Made by a program: the position numbers and the translations under genes
Shown: positions 57,231 to 64,000 of the stretch, one piece after another
How positions within the stretch are numbered: the stretch's first letter is position 1
Layout: every line of letters starts with the position of its first letter
The notes under the pieces: model-generated
The model's database searches: none
What the model was told of the DNA's origin: nothing
What the model saw: the letters and a program-made list of their open reading frames with translations, nothing else
Source: Planctomycetota bacterium
Lineage (GTDB): Bacteria > Planctomycetota > PLA2 > JAEUHO01
DNA: 64,000 nt
Direction of reading: 5' to 3'
Assembly (NCBI GenBank): GCA_965223505.1
Contig: CBDCWP010000011.1
Span: forward strand, 1-64,000

Positions 57231-58688
57231 ATGTACACGGCCCCTCTGGCGCGCGCGAGCGCGTTTCTCGTATTCATGGTGTTCGTATCGACGCTGGGTT
57301 CCGCGCGGGCCGACCTCAACGGCGACGGTCTCGACGATCCCGTCATCGCCACATCCGGAGTGGACCGCGTCTGCTTGAGCGACGGCGTAGGCGGCTTCAG
57401 CAGCTGCGCCGGCGTCGACGCTGCCCACTTCAGCTGGGGCGTCGCGCTCGGTGACGTCGATGGCGACGACAACCTCGATGCCGTTTTCGCCACGACGACA
57501 GGACAGCGCAACCGCGTCTGCCTCGGCGACGGTGCGGGTGGCTTCGGCGCGTGCACCGACGTCGACCCGGCGAGCGTCGCTTGGATCAGCTACGACGTCG
57601 ACCTCGGCGACATGAACAACGACGGCCACCTCGACGCGGTCTTCGTGGGCGTGCGCAACGCCGTCGGCAACGGCAACCTCGTCTGTCTCGGCGACGGCGC
57701 CGGGGGATTCACCTGCAGCACGTTCGACGTCGTCCCGGGCGCGTTCTTCGAAGTCAATCGCGGCGTGGCGCTGGGCGACATGAACAACGACGGCAACCTC
57801 GACGCCGTGGTCGCGACGTTGCTCGGCTCCTCGCGCACCTGGCTGTGCCTCGGTGACGGCGCCGGCGGCTTCTCGTCGTGCACGGGCATCGATACCGCGA
57901 CGAACGCCGCCTACGGCGTCGCCGTCGGCGACATGAACAACGACGGCAACCTCGACGCCGTCGTGGCGACCTCTTCGACCAACCGACTCTGCCTCGGCGA
58001 CGGCGCCGGCGCATTCACGTGCAGCAACATCGACGCGACGGAGGTGACGATGAACTGGGACGTCGCCGTAGGCGACGTCGACGCGGACGGCAACCTCGAC
58101 GTGCTCTTTGCCAGCAACATCTCGACGAGGAACAACCGCGTGTGTCTGGGCGACGGCGCCGGCGGCTTCGCCTGCGGCGACATCGACAACATGGGCGGCA
58201 CGAGCTACTCGGTGGCCGTCGGACACTTGGACGGTGACGGCAACCTCGACGCCGTGTTCACGGGCAACGCCAGCTTCTTCTCGAACGGCAATCGCGTGTG
58301 CCTGGGCGACGGCGCGGGCGGGTTCACGACGAGCACGTTCCGATTCGATCCGCTGAGCGCGTCGGAGTCCGGCTTCGCAGTTGCACTGCCGAGGAGGGCT
58401 TACGCGGAGGAAGCGACGAAGACGCCGGTCGAGATGCTCGAGTGCCTCATGGCCGACGTAGAGGACATCGGTCTGGCCAAGGGCATCGCGACCAGCCTGC
58501 TCTCGAAGCTCGAGAACGCCCTCGCCAAGCTCGAGAACGACAACCCGAAGGACGACGGCGCCGCTGCGAACCAGGTGGAGGCCTTCGTCAACCAGGTCGA
58601 GGCGCTGAGCGGCAAGAAGATGGACGCCGGTGACGCCGACGACCTGACCGACGCGGCGAACGCCCTTCTCGACGCGCTCGACGCGTAG
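57231..58688 (+). CDS. secreted FG-GAP/VCBS seven-bladed beta-propeller with C-terminal FIMAH-like helical domain
   Basis: Seven DxxxDG-type loops each followed by CLGDGAGGF-like turns; C-terminal SLLSKLENA...AFVNQVEALSGKK. Confidence 0.85.
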   Translation: MYTAPLARASAFLVFMVFVSTLGSARADLNGDGLDDPVIATSGVDRVCLSDGVGGFSSCAGVDAAHFSWGVALGDVDGDDNLDAVFATTTGQRNRVCLGDGAGGFGACTDVDPASVAWISYDVDLGDMNNDGHLDAVFVGVRNAVGNGNLVCLGDGAGGFTCSTFDVVPGAFFEVNRGVALGDMNNDGNLDAVVATLLGSSRTWLCLGDGAGGFSSCTGIDTATNAAYGVAVGDMNNDGNLDAVVATSSTNRLCLGDGAGAFTCSNIDATEVTMNWDVAVGDVDADGNLDVLFASNISTRNNRVCLGDGAGGFACGDIDNMGGTSYSVAVGHLDGDGNLDAVFTGNASFFSNGNRVCLGDGAGGFTTSTFRFDPLSASESGFAVALPRRAYAEEATKTPVEMLECLMADVEDIGLAKGIATSLLSKLENALAKLENDNPKDDGAAANQVEAFVNQVEALSGKKMDAGDADDLTDAANALLDALDA

Positions 58689-58825
58689 GCCCGCCTTCTG
58701 CGAGTCGGCCCGGGGCCGCGTCCATCGAGGGCGTGGACCGGGATCGCGATGGTGCCGGTAGGCCCGAGTCCCTACCATGGTTGCCGAGCTGCAATACGCT
58801 CGGCAATGATGGTTCGGGGACGCAA

Positions 58826-61800
58826 ATGACCTGGTTGCGCGTGAGGGTCGCGAAACGAGCCGTCTTGGTGGCCGCCCTCGGATGGTTGCTGTCGCTGCCC
58901 GCCGCATGCGGAACGCAAGGTGGAGGTGGCGTCACCGTCATCCAGCTCGCCGGCGGTGTCATCCGGCCGAGCCGCGTGGCGTACGACGTGACCGGCGACG
59001 CAGCGGCGTTCCTGCCCCGGGACGATGCGGACGTACCGATGCACGTCGACCTGCGGCTGGACGGTGTGATCCCGCCCGTAAAGAACCAGGCGCTGAACAG
59101 CTGCGTCGGTTGGGCGCTCGGCTACTACCTCATGACGGCAATCGAAGCGCGGCGCCTGCGAGCCGGCGGCTTCTGGCTCGACATGTGCGATCCGGAGAAC
59201 TGGTTCTCGCCCGACTTCATCTACAGCCAGCGGGACACCCTCGCGCAACGCCAGAACGTCATCGACGAGCGCGCGGCCGCGGAGGACCCGATCTCCCAGC
59301 CCATCTGCTTCGAGAGCGACAACGAGATCGGGTGCATGCGTCCGGAGCGTGCGCTCGCCGCATTGATGGAACACGGCTGCTGTCGGTGGACGTGGCTGCG
59401 CACCGCCGACGGGGACCCGGCGTTTCCGTGTACCGACGGAGCGCGCGTCGACGAGGCACCGAACAGCCGCAGCCCGTGGCAGTTCACGACGCAGGGCTCC
59501 GGCGCCTTCCGTCCTCGGTGTTTCGTGCGCTTCGGTGCATTGGACGAGCTCAGGCAAGGAGCGGTCCAGAGCATGCAGGCGTGGCTGCATCGCGAGGGAA
59601 CGCCGATTGCGATCGTCGTCGACATGAAGTCGGGCTGGGTCCAGTTTCGCGGGGAGAACCCCATCGAGGTCGTCCGGACCGATGCCTGCGGTCGAGACCG
59701 TCTCGAGATGCGTCCCGTTTGCTTGAACGCGGGCGGTATCGACCTCGGCAGTCAGCACATGATGACGATCATCGGGTACGACAAGGGCTTTCCCGGCAAG
59801 GAACACTACGACCGCGAGCTCGAAGGGTGCGAGGGTTCCTTTCTCGTCGTCAACCAGTGGGGAGAGAAGTGGGGCGACGAGGGGTACATGTGGATCCCGT
59901 GCGCCGAGCTTGCCGACATCTGGGTCGGAGGGTACGGCATCCTCCCGGGCAAGGACATCGTCGTCGGGTTCGGTTCGGCGCCTCCGTTGCGCGATTTCAT
60001 TTGCGTGCCGGACGACGACGGCAAGTACCTCAACGTGTCCGCCGACGAGAACGACGTGCCGGCGAATCTGTTGACCGCCTGCGAAATCCTCGCGCTGGAT
60101 GACGCGCGCAGAGGAAACACCGCCACCGCGCAGTGCGGCGACTTCCTGACGCCGGAGCAACGGGTCGCGTGGCAGGCCGCGTGCGACGTGCAGGGCGACG
60201 TGCCGCGGCTCTACAGCCGTGTGACCGCGTGCCGCCTGGACCTGCCGCCCACTGGTGACGCCGTCGGGCTGGTCTACGGGCCGGCGGACGTCGGGGGAAA
60301 CAACGCGACGACGGGGGATCGCTACGACTCGGCCGACTGGTACTTCTTCGACGTCCCGAATGGCGCCGGTCCGCTCTGCGTCGAGATTGCGATCGCTCCG
60401 TGGCTCTCCGCGGGCGGCGTGCCCGACGACATCGAGGTGCTCATCACCGACGACCGCTACGTCGACGTCGGCGCACCGCTCGAGCAGGGCCGCGGTGCGA
60501 AGGCCACCGTCTCCGGTCCGGGGCGCTTCTTCGTGAAGGTCCATTCGACACAGCTCGACGAGCGAGAGGGCGCGTTCCAATACGGGCTGCGCACCACCGT
60601 GTCGGATGGCGCCTGCACCGGCATCGGTGGACCTCCGGCGCCGCCGGCGTGCGTCGTCGGCGATGCGGTCCCCGTTTCCCTCGACGCTTCGTCGGTCATT
60701 GACCGACTGTATCGCGTGCCGAGTGTGCCGGCGGGCGCCGATCTCCGCGTCGTCCTGTCGAACGTGACCGGCGCGACGCCACGGGTCCAACTGGTGGTCG
60801 CGGTGTTCCAGAAGTTCACGCTCGTCAAAGATCCGTCCTTCGTGTTGACCGGTGACGACCTGACCGCGTTCTGTGGCACCCCTCTCGTCGACTGCAAGGA
60901 CGAGTTCTGGTTCCGAGAGGCGAAAGCCAGGGTCCTCGGCGCCGAAGGAGGCGAGCTCGGCGTGACGCTCTCCACGGCGCTCGGGCGTGGCGCCTACCTG
61001 GGCGGGCGAAACACTCGCGGGCTCGACTTCAGCGGGCACTTCCCGCCGATCACCCAGGAACTCAGCACGGACTTCGAGGTCTATGTCGGTGTGCGCAACC
61101 TGACGTCCGGGGCCGTCGACTGCGATATTCACGTCGAGGCCTGCGCCGCGGGCACCCAGGGCCTGACGCCGGAGCCGGCGCCGCCCGGTCATCCCGGCGG
61201 CGGGCCGACGTTGTTTCCGTTGCGCAGCCGTGTGGAGTGGGAGGCGTACGGGCGTCGTCACGTAGAGGTGCGGCTCAGCGAGTTCTGCGGATCGCCGCAG
61301 CTGCTCCTGAGAGACGCGGCCGGGACCGTGCTCAACGACGCGCCGGGGTTCGAGGTGACGGATGCATTGGATGCCCCGGGCGTGTTGACCAAGAGGGTGA
61401 GTGTTCCGGAGACGTTCGTCGAAGACGTCTGGTTCGAGGTCGTGGACCCCGCCGGCGCCGACGGCGTGCCGACTTCATACACTCTGCGCATGTTTCGCAA
61501 GGCGTCACTGGGCGTCTGGCCCCTCGTGCAGGACGTCGATGCGGAGCGCGACGGGAACGGCGCGCCCAGTAGGGCGGTCGAGACCAAGCTCAGCGACGCC
61601 TTGAGTAGACCGTTGACGGGATCGCTCGCCTACGAGGACTACTTCGACTTCCACACGTTGATCAACGACACGGACGCTCCGCAGAAGATCACGATCGAGC
61701 TGCGACGAACGGACAGCTCGTTCTCGATCAATCCGTTCATCTTCGGCTCGCACTGGTCGGCGACGCCACCTGAGGACCCACATGAGCAGGTGGCCTCGGA

Positions 61801-61987
61801 GTTCTTCTGCGCGCCCTGCGCCCACGCGACGAACACGACGGGCAACCCGTATCTCGGCAGGGTTCAATTCGACCTCGGGCCCGGCGAGGCCCGCATGATC
61901 AAGATGCAGTTCTGGCAGATCGCGCTCCAGTTCACGTTGTTCGATCCCATCGACTACGAGATGAAGGTCTTCGCTTTGCCGCAGTAG
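58826..61987 (+). CDS. papain-family (C1A) cysteine peptidase lipoprotein with C-terminal beta-sandwich domains
   Basis: ATG 58826, lipobox [17 protein letters not shown] (Gln/Cys), [16 protein letters not shown] (His), [13 protein letters not shown] (Asn). Confidence 0.88.
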   Translation: MTWLRVRVAKRAVLVAALGWLLSLPAACGTQGGGGVTVIQLAGGVIRPSRVAYDVTGDAAAFLPRDDADVPMHVDLRLDGVIPPVKNQALNSCVGWALGYYLMTAIEARRLRAGGFWLDMCDPENWFSPDFIYSQRDTLAQRQNVIDERAAAEDPISQPICFESDNEIGCMRPERALAALMEHGCCRWTWLRTADGDPAFPCTDGARVDEAPNSRSPWQFTTQGSGAFRPRCFVRFGALDELRQGAVQSMQAWLHREGTPIAIVVDMKSGWVQFRGENPIEVVRTDACGRDRLEMRPVCLNAGGIDLGSQHMMTIIGYDKGFPGKEHYDRELEGCEGSFLVVNQWGEKWGDEGYMWIPCAELADIWVGGYGILPGKDIVVGFGSAPPLRDFICVPDDDGKYLNVSADENDVPANLLTACEILALDDARRGNTATAQCGDFLTPEQRVAWQAACDVQGDVPRLYSRVTACRLDLPPTGDAVGLVYGPADVGGNNATTGDRYDSADWYFFDVPNGAGPLCVEIAIAPWLSAGGVPDDIEVLITDDRYVDVGAPLEQGRGAKATVSGPGRFFVKVHSTQLDEREGAFQYGLRTTVSDGACTGIGGPPAPPACVVGDAVPVSLDASSVIDRLYRVPSVPAGADLRVVLSNVTGATPRVQLVVAVFQKFTLVKDPSFVLTGDDLTAFCGTPLVDCKDEFWFREAKARVLGAEGGELGVTLSTALGRGAYLGGRNTRGLDFSGHFPPITQELSTDFEVYVGVRNLTSGAVDCDIHVEACAAGTQGLTPEPAPPGHPGGGPTLFPLRSRVEWEAYGRRHVEVRLSEFCGSPQLLLRDAAGTVLNDAPGFEVTDALDAPGVLTKRVSVPETFVEDVWFEVVDPAGADGVPTSYTLRMFRKASLGVWPLVQDVDAERDGNGAPSRAVETKLSDALSRPLTGSLAYEDYFDFHTLINDTDAPQKITIELRRTDSSFSINPFIFGSHWSATPPEDPHEQVASEFFCAPCAHATNTTGNPYLGRVQFDLGPGEARMIKMQFWQIALQFTLFDPIDYEMKVFALPQ

Positions 61988-62138
61988 CGAGCCTGCGCAG
62001 CCGTCGCGGCCGCTCGGTTCACGTGGCGGCTCCTCGCGCGGTGCGGTCGCGCCTCGCGTTTGTCCAGGTTTCGCGCGCCAATCGGCGGCGGTCGCACCGC
62101 AGATCGCTAGCCTCGGGCTTTCAAGGAAAGGGGGCCCC

Positions 62139-62303
62139 ATGCTCCGTTGGGCGATCATATTTCTCATCATCGCGGTCATCGCCGCCGTGCTCGGCTTCGG
62201 CGGCATCGCAGGCGCGGCGGCCGGCATCGCGAAGATCCTCTTCTTCGTCTTCCTCGTCGTCTTCGTGATCCTGCTGATCCAGGGGCGCGCGCGCGTGCCG
62301 TAG
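62139..62303 (+). CDS. DUF1328 (UPF0391) small membrane protein, 54 aa, absent from the ORF track
   Basis: [54 protein letters not shown]. Confidence 0.93.
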   Translation: MLRWAIIFLIIAVIAAVLGFGGIAGAAAGIAKILFFVFLVVFVILLIQGRARVP

Positions 62304-62340
62304 CGTCCGTCTCCGGGCGCCGTCCTATACTCGCGCGCCC

Positions 62341-64000
62341 ATGAGGCGCATGCTGCTCGTCGGATTGGCCGTACTTCTTGGTGCCGTCGGGGTGCTGTTC
62401 GTCGCGCAGCAGCCCCCCGAAGAAGACACCGACGGTCTTTCGTTGACGATCGATGACGAAGCGCGCATGCACTCGCCGCGCGCGGGACGACCGCCGGGAC
62501 TCGAAGGAGGGGCCGAAGGCGCAAGCGCGTCCACGCCGGGGGATGACAACGAGCCCGTTGCCGCACCGAAGTCGGGGCCGGCCGAGGTGTTGGTGCTGTC
62601 GGCCGACACCGGAGCGCCGCTTGCGGGTGTGCGTGTGACCGAGGCAGACGGTGCGATGCTCGGGATCACCGACGACGACGGGCTCGTCGACCTCGCCGAC
62701 GTTCCCCCGGACGGCGTCGAGGTCCGCGCGACGCGGGACGGCTTTCGAGAGGCCTCGGCCCACGTCCGACCGCGCCGGCGGACCGTCGTCGAACTCATGC
62801 CCGGCATCACGGTGTCGGGACGCATCGTGCGCGCCGGCGCCGACGGCGACCCGGGCGTCGCGAAGGTGTTCGTGTTCGACGTGGACCGGCGCGAGCAGAT
62901 CGCCGCCTTCGCCACCGACGCGACGGGGAGGTTCGAGATCGACGGCGTTCGGCCGAATCACCCCTTCCTGACGGTCGTCGAGCTCGAGGATCTCGTTCCG
63001 CAAACCGTGCGGCTGCTGGCGGACGCCGCGACGACCGACCTGGAGGTCGTCGTCGGTGCGGGCGCTCGCCTTTCGGGGCGGGTGCTCGACGCGCAGGGCA
63101 GGCCCTGGCCCGACGTGGAGGTGCGTCTGCTCCCGAAGGGCGGGCTGTTGTTCGAGAACCATCGCTCGCCGTCCGACGTCACGCCGGGCGAACGAGCGCG
63201 CATCGCCGCTGCGACGCCGGTGACGCGGACCGACGCGCACGGCCGCTACGCCTTTGCCGGCATTCCGTTGCACTGGACGTTCGAGGCGGTCGCGGTCCTC
63301 GCGCCGCGTTGCGAGGCGCGAAGCGGCGCCCAACGTTTCGAAGCATCGGAAGCCCGTCGTGAGCTCGACATTCGTGCGCCGGAGGAAGCCTCGCTGCGCA
63401 TTCGCGTGGAGGACGAAGATCGCGCCGTTGTCGCCGGCGTGACGCTGATCATCGACGCGGCCGGCGGGCGTTGGACGATCCAGAGCGAGGACGAACGCAC
63501 CGATGGGGCGTTGCTGCTTCGACACCTGACGCCGAGCAACGTCACGGTGACGGCGGCTCGGCCGAGCGCGCCGACGCGCAGCGAAACGGTCGAGCTCATC
63601 GAAGGCCGGGAAGCGAAGGTGACGATCGTGTTGCCGAATGGAACCGTCGTTCGGGGGCGGGTGCTCGACAAGCGCGGCAACGTGATCGCGAATGCGCGGG
63701 TGAGCTGGGCGGGTTCCGATGAAGAGGACCGGGTCGAGGTCCGTTCCGGCGAGAGCGGCAAGTTCGAGCTTTCGGGCATCACGTCGCCTACCGGCACGCT
63801 CCGGATCTCGGCGCACGACGAGCTCCACGGTCGGTTCGGCTTCGAGACGCTCGTCTTCGAAGACTTCGTTCCCGGCGGCCGGCCGCTGGAGGTCATGCTC
63901 AAGGACGGCACGCGCGTCGACGGTGTCTTCAAACAGCTGCCCGAAGGCGCGCAGGTCGTCGGAGGACTGCTCGGGACCGACGAACGGCGCCTCGACCTGG
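62341..64000 (+). CDS. membrane-anchored carboxypeptidase-regulatory-like repeat protein, truncated at window end
   Basis: MRRMLLVGLAVLLGAVGVLF TM; repeats such as SGRVLDAQGRP...TDAHGRY; no stop seen before 64000. Confidence 0.78.
   Translation, partial: MRRMLLVGLAVLLGAVGVLFVAQQPPEEDTDGLSLTIDDEARMHSPRAGRPPGLEGGAEGASASTPGDDNEPVAAPKSGPAEVLVLSADTGAPLAGVRVTEADGAMLGITDDDGLVDLADVPPDGVEVRATRDGFREASAHVRPRRRTVVELMPGITVSGRIVRAGADGDPGVAKVFVFDVDRREQIAAFATDATGRFEIDGVRPNHPFLTVVELEDLVPQTVRLLADAATTDLEVVVGAGARLSGRVLDAQGRPWPDVEVRLLPKGGLLFENHRSPSDVTPGERARIAAATPVTRTDAHGRYAFAGIPLHWTFEAVAVLAPRCEARSGAQRFEASEARRELDIRAPEEASLRIRVEDEDRAVVAGVTLIIDAAGGRWTIQSEDERTDGALLLRHLTPSNVTVTAARPSAPTRSETVELIEGREAKVTIVLPNGTVVRGRVLDKRGNVIANARVSWAGSDEEDRVEVRSGESGKFELSGITSPTGTLRISAHDELHGRFGFETLVFEDFVPGGRPLEVMLKDGTRVDGVFKQLPEGAQVVGGLLGTDERRLDL

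Noticed and set aside
57300..58330. DNA tandem repeats suggesting a mobile or contingency locus
   Set aside because: They are the coding repeats of the FG-GAP blades, with synonymous divergence
58685..58775. Second REP doublet (GTAGGCCC... to ...CCCTAC)
   Set aside because: GTAG/CTAC ends are present but the palindromes are poor; cannot be supported without genome-wide copies

Overview
A GC-rich bacterial chromosomal window with about 50 complete genes and no rRNA, tRNA, CRISPR or intact transposase that I can recognise. The gene content suggests Planctomycetota (inference): an ECF sigma plus Ser/Thr kinase pair, HEAT/vWA and prenyltransferase-repeat secreted proteins, a sulfatase, an octaheme-TPR cytochrome and carboxypeptidase-regulatory-like repeat proteins. 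Main blocks, in order: plsY/hydrolase/kinase/ECF sigma; DsbD plus redoxin; secreted HEAT proteins; MATE; metF; RimK-associated protease plus M14 deacylase; two MscK-like channels around mgtE; sulfotransferase-like/class IV aminotransferase/GNAT; DUF2950-DUF3300-beta-barrel opposite sulfatase-cytochrome; FNT channel; a complete Tad (Flp) pilus locus; Cys-rich secreted proteins. The strongest finding is that the DsbD gene, split in two by the ORF track, has an in-frame TGA at the first Cys of its thioredoxin CxxC motif (W-U-A-T-C), followed by a SECIS-like hairpin. It is very probably one 686-aa selenoprotein. Other signals: TAG is the dominant stop codon (34 of 50 genes); about 12 genes look leaderless; a REP doublet with internal repeats appears to supply the -10 box of the MATE gene; there is a MITE-like element, a probable CTG start codon, and a small Cys-rich lipoprotein reminiscent of chlamydial OmcA. 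All family assignments come from motif recognition by eye; no database searches were run.
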